Shown: piece by piece, positions 46,505-54,997 of the stretch
How the letters are laid out: each line of letters opens with the position of its first letter
Position numbering within the stretch: the first letter of the stretch is position 1
Virus record (IMG/VR): IMGVR_UViG_2811995254_000001
Location: 11,803 to 75,802 of that record
DNA: 64,000 nt
From: a virus
Lineage: Duplodnaviria > Caudoviricetes
Strand: one strand, 5' to 3'
Made by a program: the position numbers and the translations under genes
The notes under the pieces: generated by a model
Databases searched by the model: none
What the model saw: only the letters and a program-made list of their open reading frames with translations
Told to the model about the DNA's origin: nothing

Positions 46505-47407
46505 TTATTTAAGCCAATCCTCGATTGATTTGTTTTCGTTGATTCGCTTTTGGAATACTCCCTCTAAGATAATTTGCTGGAGTTTTAACTCTATTTTCTC
46601 GTGTTCACTTTGCTGTACCTGGGCGAGTATTTGGTGTAAAACGGCTTTACTCTGAACGCGATCAGGATTTAAAATTTCGTTTTGAATTTCTTTTTCGACC
46701 AATTCCTGAGCTGATCGTCTTTTTTCAGAATACCATTCTTTGAGTTTAGGCGATGATTTTTCATTCGGGTAAGGGATAACTCCTCTTTCGACTAATTCTT
46801 GAAATACGTGACTAAAAGGCGGTAAAAAAGCCTGATTTGATTTATATTCTTCAAACAGTCTTTCGATAGCTTGGTTCATAATCTCCGTTTTCTGACTTTC
46901 TGAAACGGCAGGCAGTTGGTTTTGAATAGTAATTACACTTTCACGAGTAATGTTGTGTTTTTGCTTTAATTCAAGCTTCCAAGCTTCGTATTTTTGAAGT
47001 ATTTCAGCAGCGTATCCCGTATCGAAAAGTTGATAGTGTTCAGTTTTACTTTCATACATCCGCATTCGCTCTAGTTCAAAAGCTTTGTAAATTTCTTCTG
47101 GTGTCAGGTGAGCATAAGCCATCATGAACATTCTCATGATTTCACTCATGGTCAGCTGATCAGTTTTTTCTTTCATTCCACTTAACGCAATTGATTTGGT
47201 CAAAACTTGAGTTAACACCATGGACAGCGTTTCGTCATCCAAGCGTTCCCGAATCGTTTTGCTTAGGTAAGTTTTTTTCACAAAACTAATTGGTGTCGTT
47301 AAGCATCTGTTTTCTAACTCGTTCAGCTGCTTCGTAACCAACATTGGCGTTGTGTTGGATTGTGTCGATTGATTGGCGACCGACAAACCTTTCTTGCTGT
47401 TGTCCAT
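46505..47407 (-). CDS. Replication-associated protein (possible helicase loader)
   Basis: Follows and overlaps the initiator; LT.EEI..AFE motif. Confidence 0.55.
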   Translation of the reverse strand: MDNSKKGLSVANQSTQSNTTPMLVTKQLNELENRCLTTPISFVKKTYLSKTIRERLDDETLSMVLTQVLTKSIALSGMKEKTDQLTMSEIMRMFMMAYAHLTPEEIYKAFELERMRMYESKTEHYQLFDTGYAAEILQKYEAWKLELKQKHNITRESVITIQNQLPAVSESQKTEIMNQAIERLFEEYKSNQAFLPPFSHVFQELVERGVIPYPNEKSSPKLKEWYSEKRRSAQELVEKEIQNEILNPDRVQSKAVLHQILAQVQQSEHEKIELKLQQIILEGVFQKRINENKSIEDWLK

Positions 47408-48158
47408 TCTGATTCTGATTTTTGTTGTTGCTATTTCTCTCCCAAGTGCGAACCGCAGCTTTCCAATCTTTCATTTTGGTTTTTCCAACCATCCAACCAT
47501 TGCTTTCGTAATGGTCAAAAAATCTTTGTGCATCGATTCCGTTGTTTCGTTCAAAACAGTATTCATGAATTTCTTCAACTGTCGGTTTTGAAAACCTTGT
47601 TTTTCGCGCAACTTTTTTTTGGAAAGATTCTTCGGCTTCTAATTCAACTGAATCGAATTCTTCAATTTTTTCATTTTGCCCTAAATATTCTTTTGTTTCT
47701 TTTTCTAAAAGAATATCATTAACACTATCACTTACACTAACACTTACATTATCACTAACACTTACAGCGACGTTTGCGAGTGTTTGCGAGGTTTTGTTAT
47801 CGCTATTGTCGCTAGGCGATGTTTTGCGATGGCTTGCTATTTTTTCAGCTTCGTCTATTGTAATTTGATTATCAGTGACTTGTCTGTGTAAATCAGGATT
47901 ATACCTTTTTAGATTTCCCATTCGTCCATTTAGTGACCTATCAGCTTTTGTTTTTTTATACTTATTCAAATCTCTTTTTAATTGATTTTTTATCGGCTCA
48001 AAAACAAGATCTAATATTTCGTTTTCAGGAGTGGGACTTTGGTCGTTTACATATCGTAATATGTGTTTGAATAGTTTTCCTGCAGTTTCATCACTGAGTT
48101 TCTCAATAGTGCTAATCATATCTTTATATAGAACAAAGGAGTTTTTATTCTCTGCCAC
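47286..48158 (-). CDS. Replication initiator (DUF6291 N-domain, DnaD/O-like C-domain)
   Basis: KNSFVLY.D...L.DE.AG.LF..I..Y; KPT.EEI..YC.ER...F.D.YESNGW.VGK.KMKDWKAAVRTWE. Confidence 0.8.
   Translation of the reverse strand: MAENKNSFVLYKDMISTIEKLSDETAGKLFKHILRYVNDQSPTPENEILDLVFEPIKNQLKRDLNKYKKTKADRSLNGRMGNLKRYNPDLHRQVTDNQITIDEAEKIASHRKTSPSDNSDNKTSQTLANVAVSVSDNVSVSVSDSVNDILLEKETKEYLGQNEKIEEFDSVELEAEESFQKKVARKTRFSKPTVEEIHEYCFERNNGIDAQRFFDHYESNGWMVGKTKMKDWKAAVRTWERNSNNKNQNQNGQQQERFVGRQSIDTIQHNANVGYEAAERVRKQMLNDTN
47714..47830. repeat. Short degenerate repeats, candidate replication-origin iterons
   Basis: CACTTACA/CACTAACA/ATCAC 6-bp-period array and three TTTGCGA within the initiator gene, as in lambda O. 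Confidence 0.5.
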
Positions 48159-48354
48159 TGTTATCTATTTTTAAAAGTTTACGTGTCCTTTCATCCACTT
48201 GTACCCAAGTGTGACCTTCATTGAGCATTTTCTGTTCTCGTTCTTTATTCTTCTGAGAAAGTGTCTTTGCTTTATCTTTCAATTCAGCTTGTTCTTCCCA
48301 GATAGAAAGGGGCTCTTTTTCAAGAACCCGCTTCTTTTTGGTTTGCTTAGTCAT
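48145..48354 (-). CDS. Hypothetical protein
   Basis: Coupled ORF. Confidence 0.6.
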   Translation of the reverse strand: MTKQTKKKRVLEKEPLSIWEEQAELKDKAKTLSQKNKEREQKMLNEGHTWVQVDERTRKLLKIDNSGRE

Positions 48355-48356
48355 GG

Positions 48357-49046
48357 TTAATAATCTTCTCTATACCATTCAACACCTATAGAGTCGTCGT
48401 AATCTGTAATCTGAACTTGAGCAGAGTAAAGTCTAAATATCTTAGCTTCAATGCCTCTAAGACTAACCATTTTACTTGGCGTTACTTCTGATTGTTTGTT
48501 GTCAAAATATCTTTCTTTCATTTTGAATGAAAATATTTTACCTCTTTCTGTACTAAATATGAATCTTACTGCGCAATCTGATTCTTTTTGATTAGAATCT
48601 ATATCTGCATTTACTTCTATCCGTGAATGCTCTTCATTATAAACTACATGAAATGAAATTTCCCCACTATACTCATGACTATCTTCCATAGCTGCGATTT
48701 TAAATAAATCTGCTATCTCGTCAAGTGTGATTGTTTTCTCATTCACAAATCCAATGATGTCTTGTGTCATATCTAGGATTGGTTGTAAGTTCACTTGCTG
48801 TAAGAGGTTTTCATTAATGGTTTTTGCAATCAAAGAATTGTAGTCTATTAAATCGAACTCTTGAAGATTTACATTGATAGATTCTTCAATTTTTTGTTTG
48901 ATTTGCTTAGATACATCACCATAACTTCGAAATGTATCTTTTACAATATCTTGTACCATTTCTGATACGTATTTAGTTACCATTTCAGGTAATTTTTCTG
49001 CTACTACTGTTTTTACAGCTTCTTGTGTTACTTTATTAAAGTCCAT
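48357..49046 (-). CDS. Hypothetical phage protein
   Basis: 229-aa ORF in the early operon. Confidence 0.7.
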   Translation of the reverse strand: MDFNKVTQEAVKTVVAEKLPEMVTKYVSEMVQDIVKDTFRSYGDVSKQIKQKIEESINVNLQEFDLIDYNSLIAKTINENLLQQVNLQPILDMTQDIIGFVNEKTITLDEIADLFKIAAMEDSHEYSGEISFHVVYNEEHSRIEVNADIDSNQKESDCAVRFIFSTERGKIFSFKMKERYFDNKQSEVTPSKMVSLRGIEAKIFRLYSAQVQITDYDDSIGVEWYREDY

Positions 49047-49083
49047 TATATTGTTTTTTAATAGGGTTAAAAATTAGTTTTGA

Positions 49084-49518
49084 CTAAAAAGGGAGGTTAT
49101 CGTTATCGTCTTCCTCGTATTGTGATGTTGGAGGAAATTGATTACCTGGTGCAGGTTGGCTTTGTTGATTTTGTTTCCATTGTTGATGAGCATCTGCTGC
49201 CGAACCTTGGCCGTGGTAAGTGCCGTCTTGCATTTGTGGTTGGTTTACAGCTGCAGTAATTTTCCAAGCTTGAATCGTATTGAAGTATCTTACTTCGCCT
49301 TGTGGTGAAGTCCAACTTCGTCCTTTAAGATTTAAGTCTACCTTTACGTAAGTTCCGACTTGGAATCCGTCTAGTAAATTCACTCTATCTTGCGTCACTT
49401 CGATTAGAATGTCTTGTGGGTATGTTTCGTCAGTAGTGATAACAAACTCTCGTTTTTTAAAAGAAGAGCTAATATCTTGAGTGCTTCCTATTAGTTTTAT
49501 ACGTCCTTGTATGTCCAT
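49084..49518 (-). CDS. DUF3127 family SSB-like protein
   Basis: FKKREFVITT.E.YPQ...NLKGR.W...YFNTIQAWKI; acidic tail ending NLPF. Confidence 0.9.
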   Translation of the reverse strand: MDIQGRIKLIGSTQDISSSFKKREFVITTDETYPQDILIEVTQDRVNLLDGFQVGTYVKVDLNLKGRSWTSPQGEVRYFNTIQAWKITAAVNQPQMQDGTYHGQGSAADAHQQWKQNQQSQPAPGNQFPPTSQYEEDDNDNLPF

Positions 49519-49520
49519 GG

Positions 49521-49688
49521 TTAAATATTTGGTGGTGAGATTGTTTGCCCATTTTCGTTATAATGAACACACTTATACCATTCGTTTTTTAGTTTCTCAT
49601 ACTCTTTTGATTTATGATCATTCCAACCATAAATACTAGCTTCTTTTTTAAGAGTTTCTATTTCTTTTTTAATCGTTTCTTTACTCAT
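49521..49688 (-). CDS. 55-aa hypothetical protein (not in ORF track)
   Basis: MSKETIKKEIETLKKEA...; ends 2 nt before the DUF3127 start. Confidence 0.55.
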   Translation of the reverse strand: MSKETIKKEIETLKKEASIYGWNDHKSKEYEKLKNEWYKCVHYNENGQTISPPNI

Positions 49689-49821
49689 ATTATTTTGCCG
49701 ATTCCTACAATCGGGAAGTTTTACTTATTATATTTACACTATACTTAACAATAAGTACTTTTAAGTATTATTTTAACTATAATTAAATTATTTATCTCAA
49801 TAAAATCAGTAACTTTATTAT

Positions 49822-50190
49822 CATAAAAACAGGTTTCAACAAAAGAAAGCAAGCACAGTCTGTTTTTCATAATACAATTTTCAATCTAAATTTTATTTTA
49901 TTGCTACTAGGGCTGTGCTTTGCTTTCATATAAAACATGAAAGAGGGTATAGGGACTTTTCTGCATCAATAAAAACAAAATGTTTTTATAAAAGTGGGGA
50001 CTTCATTGCAGATTTTTAAACATATACAACCTAGACCTCTTTCTACTATTTTAAAGGAAAGGAGTAGAAAATTTATTAAGTAGTCGATTGTGTATTAAAT
50101 TAATTAGGTGTAGATTCAGTCACAATGATTACAATCAATGGTAGTTTTAAATAACATTACAAAAATTAATTAATACTCCTTTCTCTTTTT
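49822..50190 (+). ncRNA. Candidate structured RNA: three tandem GAAAG...CTTTC-closed domains
   Basis: Domains at 49845-49927, 49939-50043 and 50057-50183; G-U pairs favour the plus strand; variant -7 box TAACTTTA at 49810-49817. Confidence 0.6.
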
Positions 50191-50204
50191 CATCTTCCAT
50201 CATC

Positions 50205-50600
50205 CTATAATTTTTCAATATCTACATCCCAAATACCTAGTTTGCCTTTTACATTTAGAATCGGTTTTTCATAAAAAACAGCATCTTTTAAAACCCAATG
50301 CCAAATGCCTTGGCCTTTATCTGCCCAAATTGATTTGTGGTTTTGAACACAATCTACAATGGTAACTTCGCCGATAATTGCTGAATTTTTAAATTGAAAC
50401 TCGTCAATATTATCTGTGACTTCTTCTCTTTCTTTTGAAAGTCGATCGCTCTTATCTGGATGCATTGACGCATGTATGTAAACACGTCCTCTGAATCTAG
50501 TTCGCCAAGTTCTGTTCTCAATGTCCTTAACCCCTAGGCAGATTAACTCTGCCCAAGGTTGCTTAACGGATAGTGCTTTAGTTATTTCTTTGCCAGCCAT
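50205..50600 (-). CDS. ASCH domain protein
   Basis: ALSVKQPWA.LI..G.KDIENR.W...RG...IHAS. Confidence 0.92.
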   Translation of the reverse strand: MAGKEITKALSVKQPWAELICLGVKDIENRTWRTRFRGRVYIHASMHPDKSDRLSKEREEVTDNIDEFQFKNSAIIGEVTIVDCVQNHKSIWADKGQGIWHWVLKDAVFYEKPILNVKGKLGIWDVDIEKL

Positions 50601-51558
50601 CTGCGATTTGTTTTAGGGTTTCACGTTCTTTATTTACAAGCCATTCACGAGCCATTGTAACTCGTCTAGTCATGTGTTTGATGTCTTCTTCTGTAAGGGT
50701 TACATTGAATGATTTAAGACGCATATGTGGAGGTATTGAAAAGTCTTGAATCGGGTTGTAGAAGTCGTAACCAGGATATTCTTTTTTAAACTTCGATACG
50801 TCAAAAATCATGTTTCGCTCTAGTTGAGCAACTTTATAACGAAATTCTTCGTCTGTGTCGTCAGGTTGTCCCATTTGAAACCACATTCTTCTCTTTTCAT
50901 CTTCAATTAGATGAAGAGGAGCGTTAACTAAACAATACACAAGTTCAGATTCTGTTTTGGTTTCTAATTCAGGTAAGTCATAGCTATGAACAATCCACAT
51001 ATAACCTTTCAATTGCCATTCGTACAATGTTTTTAGTTCTGCGTTGTCAAATGATTCTAAGTCCCAATTGGTCTTAGTATCTTTAGTCTTCTTTTGAAGA
51101 TTATCTGGGGTTCCTTGGATAAAATCATTACTTAGATGTTCATCGTTCTTTCGGTAGAAAAACTCATCGCGTTGAGATTTTAAATCGAGAGCATCCTCTT
51201 CACAGATTGTTCCCTTGCTTAGGTATTTGTTTTCAAGGAATCTTCTACGTTTCCAAAATAAATGGCGAAACACTTCTTCTAAGTGGGTAATTGCGCCTGT
51301 CGGAAGTTTATCTTTAGGCTCTATTCTTTTGACAATGTTTTGGAGTTGTTCTAATTCCTTTTCTTTAGTATCATCCCATTTATTAGGCCTATTTGTCTCA
51401 GGATTCTTTCCTGTTCTTTTAATATCAAGTAGTGTTTGTATTCTTACACTGTCTTCTTCTGTTGCTTCTCTTAAGGGTTCTGGAAGGTTTGTCAATAACT
51501 TTCCAAGTGAAGAACATCTTTCTTTCCAATTGGTGAATATTAGGTTTTCTGTTTGCAT
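50578..51558 (-). CDS. YqaJ/lambda-exonuclease-like nuclease
   Basis: RCSSLG, KG...E, GTPD...DTK, Y.WQL.GYM PD-(D/E)xK motifs. Confidence 0.85.
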   Translation of the reverse strand: MQTENLIFTNWKERCSSLGKLLTNLPEPLREATEEDSVRIQTLLDIKRTGKNPETNRPNKWDDTKEKELEQLQNIVKRIEPKDKLPTGAITHLEEVFRHLFWKRRRFLENKYLSKGTICEEDALDLKSQRDEFFYRKNDEHLSNDFIQGTPDNLQKKTKDTKTNWDLESFDNAELKTLYEWQLKGYMWIVHSYDLPELETKTESELVYCLVNAPLHLIEDEKRRMWFQMGQPDDTDEEFRYKVAQLERNMIFDVSKFKKEYPGYDFYNPIQDFSIPPHMRLKSFNVTLTEEDIKHMTRRVTMAREWLVNKERETLKQIADGWQRNN

Positions 51559-51563
51559 GGTTG

Positions 51564-53189
51564 TTAATTAAAATGTTCTTGGATTTTTGACCAACCAAAT
51601 TGATTTTTAAGTAAATCAAGTGCTTTGGTTAATGGGTAGGTAGTCTCTGTAAGATTGTATTGCCTCATAAAACTTTCGCATCCCATTTTACAAGCTCCAG
51701 TTAGTAATCTGAATTCAGAAACAGAGATTGTTTGTTTTTCTTTAATCTCTTTGACAAGATCTTGCACCTCTAAGTTTTCTTGTAAGTATTTAAAGTTTAC
51801 ATCTTCAATTGCTTGTTTTATAGTTTCTCCGTGGGCATAGTATTTATCCCTTTTCGCTACAAAACACTTTTCTTTTCTGTTGAATAACGATCCTTCATAA
51901 ATCGTGAATTCGTCTCGTTTCTTCTTTGAGCGTATAATCGTAGCGATACTATCAATCATTTGGATTTTATGATTTGCTTGTGTGATAATTACACTTTCTT
52001 CAAACGCCCAATCGCCGATGTGAGTAACTGAACTAGGAATCTCTACCGATGTAAGCTGATTGTTTTCAAACGCCCAATCGCCGATGTGAGTAACTGAACT
52101 AGGAATCTCTACCGATGTAAGCTGATTGTGACGAAACGCCCAATCGCCGATGTGAGTAACTGAACTAGGAATCTCTACCGATGTAAGCTGATTGTGACGA
52201 AACGCCCCAGAGCCGATGTGAGTAACTGAACTAGGAATCTCTACCGATGTAAGCTGATTGTTTTCAAACGCCCCAGAGCCGATGTGAGTAACTGAACTAG
52301 GAATCTCTACCGATGTAAGCTGATTGTGACGAAACGCCCCAGAGCCGATGTGAGTAACTGAACTAGGAATCTCTACCGATGTAAGCTGATTGTGACGAAA
52401 CGCCCCAGAGCCGATGTGAGTAACTGAACTAGGAATCTCTACCGATGTAAGCTGATTGTGACGAAACGCCCAATCGCCGATGTGAGTAACTGAACTAGGA
52501 ATCTCTACCGATGTAAGCTGATTGTGACGAAACGCCCCAGAGCCGATGTGAGTAACTGAACTAGGAATCTCTACCGATGTAAGCTGATTGTTTTCAAACG
52601 CCCAATCGCCGATGTGAGTAACTGAACTAGGAATCTCTACCGATGTAAGCTGATTGTGACGAAACGCCCAATCGCCGATGTGAGTAACTGAACTAGGAAT
52701 CTCTACCGATGTAAGCTGATTGTGACGAAACGCCCAATCGCCGATGTGAGTAACTGAACTAGGAATCTCTACCGATGTAAGCTGATTGTTTTCAAACGCC
52801 CAATCGCCGATGTGAGTAACTGAACTAGGAATCTCTACCGATGTAAGCTGATTGTGACGAAACGCCCAATCGCCGATGTGAGTAACTGAACTAGGAATCT
52901 CTACCGATGTAAGCTGATTGTTTTCAAACGCCCAATCGCCGATGTGAGTAACTGAACTAGGAATCTCTACCGATGTAAGCTGATTGTGACGAAACGCCCC
53001 AGAGCCGATGTGAGTAACTGAACTAGGAATCTCTACCGATGTAAGCTGATTGTGACGAAACGCCCCAGAGCCGATGTGAGTAACTGAAAAACCATCTATT
53101 GTGGTAGGAATTACAATCTGTTCTTTATTTGAATCGACACCAGTAATTTTAATAGTGTCATGAGTGACTTTTGTGTATGTAAATTTCAT
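51564..53189 (-). CDS. BspA/TpLRR-type leucine-rich repeat protein with a C-terminal phage domain
   Basis: 16 x (SG/DW)AF(RH/EN)NQLTSVEIPSSVTHIG; C-terminal AHGET...A..D, FR.LTGAC..GCE.F; no signal peptide. Confidence 0.9.
   Translation of the reverse strand: MKFTYTKVTHDTIKITGVDSNKEQIVIPTTIDGFSVTHIGSGAFRHNQLTSVEIPSSVTHIGSGAFRHNQLTSVEIPSSVTHIGDWAFENNQLTSVEIPSSVTHIGDWAFRHNQLTSVEIPSSVTHIGDWAFENNQLTSVEIPSSVTHIGDWAFRHNQLTSVEIPSSVTHIGDWAFRHNQLTSVEIPSSVTHIGDWAFENNQLTSVEIPSSVTHIGSGAFRHNQLTSVEIPSSVTHIGDWAFRHNQLTSVEIPSSVTHIGSGAFRHNQLTSVEIPSSVTHIGSGAFRHNQLTSVEIPSSVTHIGSGAFENNQLTSVEIPSSVTHIGSGAFRHNQLTSVEIPSSVTHIGDWAFRHNQLTSVEIPSSVTHIGDWAFENNQLTSVEIPSSVTHIGDWAFEESVIITQANHKIQMIDSIATIIRSKKKRDEFTIYEGSLFNRKEKCFVAKRDKYYAHGETIKQAIEDVNFKYLQENLEVQDLVKEIKEKQTISVSEFRLLTGACKMGCESFMRQYNLTETTYPLTKALDLLKNQFGWSKIQEHFN
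52002..53087 (-). repeat. 66-bp coding tandem repeat, 16 full units plus a partial unit
   Basis: Units identical except TCTGGG/GATTGG and CGTCAC/GAAAAC. Confidence 0.97.
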
Positions 53190-53190
53190 T

Positions 53191-53562
53191 TTAGTTTAAT
53201 CTATTAAGTGAGTAACCGTTTTCTTTTGCCCATTCTGGGTTTTCTTCAATTATGCGATGCCCTTCACGAGATACCGCAAGCCAATATCTCGTGTCAAGGA
53301 ATAAACTACCTACGCGCCCCTTTTTATGGTGTACGTCTGTTGTAGGTTGTTTCGTTATAGGGCAAATTTGATTTTTGGGATCTGATAGAAATTCTTTACG
53401 TAGAATAGTGTATTGTTGAATTTCTGTTTTACGCTTATCAGATATAGGTTTTATCCCTTTAGGTTTAGCGTATTTCATTTTGCAAGAGTAAGAGCAGTAT
53501 GGTTCAAGTGAATTGTACTGTATAAACTCCTTGCCACATTTACAAGTTTTAGGCTTGCCCAC
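53191..53562 (-). CDS. HNH-like (NinG-type) endonuclease
   Basis: CKCG...CSYSC zinc finger; CP...DVHH..GR...H..I. Confidence 0.7.
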   Translation of the reverse strand: MGKPKTCKCGKEFIQYNSLEPYCSYSCKMKYAKPKGIKPISDKRKTEIQQYTILRKEFLSDPKNQICPITKQPTTDVHHKKGRVGSLFLDTRYWLAVSREGHRIIEENPEWAKENGYSLNRLN

Positions 53563-54508
53563 TTAATGCTCTCTTTTTATCATCAAGCAAAACGATGTGT
53601 TCCATTTGCTCGATATGAGGAGAAAGTTTTTCAAGGTCTTTTAGATTGTCAATACCTTCGATTGCTTTTGGAATAAGTTCGCTTTCTTTGGAATTGTAAA
53701 GCTCTTGAAATTCGATATTATCTGAATCAGCAACGGCTTTTTTTAGTTGTAAAAGGGAACTAAATTTATCTGCTTTATCTAAATACTCTTTCAATCGGTT
53801 TAGTTCTTTTTCCTTTGCCAATTCTTCCTTGGATAATCTAGTTGAACTAACCTCTGTATAAGAAATATCTTCTGCATCACCATCCGTAATATCTGTCCCC
53901 TCAATGTGATTATAAAGCCAACATTTTGCTTTGCGTTCGGCTTTACCATTACAAGAATCTGTTGTTGCATAAGAACCTGCTTTTACTGTAAATTCAAGTA
54001 GTTGTTTGATTGGTTTGTCTTCTCCGATTTGGTAAGTAACTTCACAAGTAACTAAGGCGGTTTCTTTATTTTGAGCAAACGTTGTTGTTGGGTAAATGAT
54101 ACTGTAACGAAGTCCTTTTATTTTTTTAAGTAAATAAGTAAAACCCTCTTTTGTTACATACATATTACTCGCAATAATGTTGAATTGATTTCCTGTAGGA
54201 TTTAACCCTAACAATACAGCGTCAATTAAACAATCCTTTACAGTTTCCAATGGATATGGTTGAGGCATTTGCCCTTTACTTGGTTTGTCTCTATCTGTTC
54301 TAAATCCAAGCTTAGATCCTGCTAAACTCATAATCGGTTGCATTACCTCTGGGGTTAATGTATTTCGAATAACTGAAATCGCATTAGCCATTGCAAAAGC
54401 ATTTGTGAAGTTCTGACTCTTGTCAGATAAAACAGCTAATACTTGTGTGTTTATTGTTTCTGCTGCTGCTAATTGGTATTGTGGGAGTGTGCTTATTTCG
54501 TTTGCCAT
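53549..54508 (-). CDS. Putative single-strand annealing recombinase (RecT-like)
   Basis: A...GL.P...QF.II...Y...EG; located near exonuclease and SSB. Confidence 0.55.
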   Translation of the reverse strand: MANEISTLPQYQLAAAETINTQVLAVLSDKSQNFTNAFAMANAISVIRNTLTPEVMQPIMSLAGSKLGFRTDRDKPSKGQMPQPYPLETVKDCLIDAVLLGLNPTGNQFNIIASNMYVTKEGFTYLLKKIKGLRYSIIYPTTTFAQNKETALVTCEVTYQIGEDKPIKQLLEFTVKAGSYATTDSCNGKAERKAKCWLYNHIEGTDITDGDAEDISYTEVSSTRLSKEELAKEKELNRLKEYLDKADKFSSLLQLKKAVADSDNIEFQELYNSKESELIPKAIEGIDNLKDLEKLSPHIEQMEHIVLLDDKKRALSGQA

Positions 54509-54735
54509 TTTTGTAGGTCTTTAAAGGTTATGAATTTAATAGGTGTCATTTTTTTAGCATGATTTAACTGCGGTTTACCGTTAATCCAAAACTGTTTTGA
54601 TGACTTATTTACAATTATAAAAAGCTCTAATTCTCCTTCGTTAATTGCATCTTTACGTTTTTTATAATCATTAAATAATAAGTGGTTCTCAACTTCTTCT
54701 GAGAAGTCTAAAAAAAAATATTCGTTATTCTCCAT
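54493..54735 (-). CDS. Hypothetical protein
   Basis: Overlapping operon gene. Confidence 0.55.
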   Translation of the reverse strand: MENNEYFFLDFSEEVENHLLFNDYKKRKDAINEGELELFIIVNKSSKQFWINGKPQLNHAKKMTPIKFITFKDLQKWQTK

Positions 54736-54997
54736 TTGTCATGTAGTCTTTTAATGACTGCCTAGAAATTCTCCAAGATTTACCTGGCCTTTCAGCTTTC
54801 AGTAACCCAGATTTAATGTGATTTAAAATCGTTGGTTCGGTAAGTTCAGTAAATTTGGCGACTTGCTTAACAGTTATATATTGTTCGTTTAGGGGAAGTT
54901 CCTTATTCTCGTCATCAGGTAATAATCCGAAAGCAACTATGTAATGCGCGATTTTTTTTAGTTGATCATCGCTTAAATCAACTTCAATTTTCAACAT
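54725..54997 (-). CDS. Excisionase-like HTH protein
   Basis: YITVKQVA......TI...IK.G.LKA...GK.WRI. Confidence 0.85.
   Translation of the reverse strand: MLKIEVDLSDDQLKKIAHYIVAFGLLPDDENKELPLNEQYITVKQVAKFTELTEPTILNHIKSGLLKAERPGKSWRISRQSLKDYMTNGE

Noticed and set aside
52002-53087. CRISPR array or guide array
   Set aside because: Period is 66 bp in frame within an LRR ORF; variable parts are two 6-bp binary alternatives, not unique spacers; no cas genes
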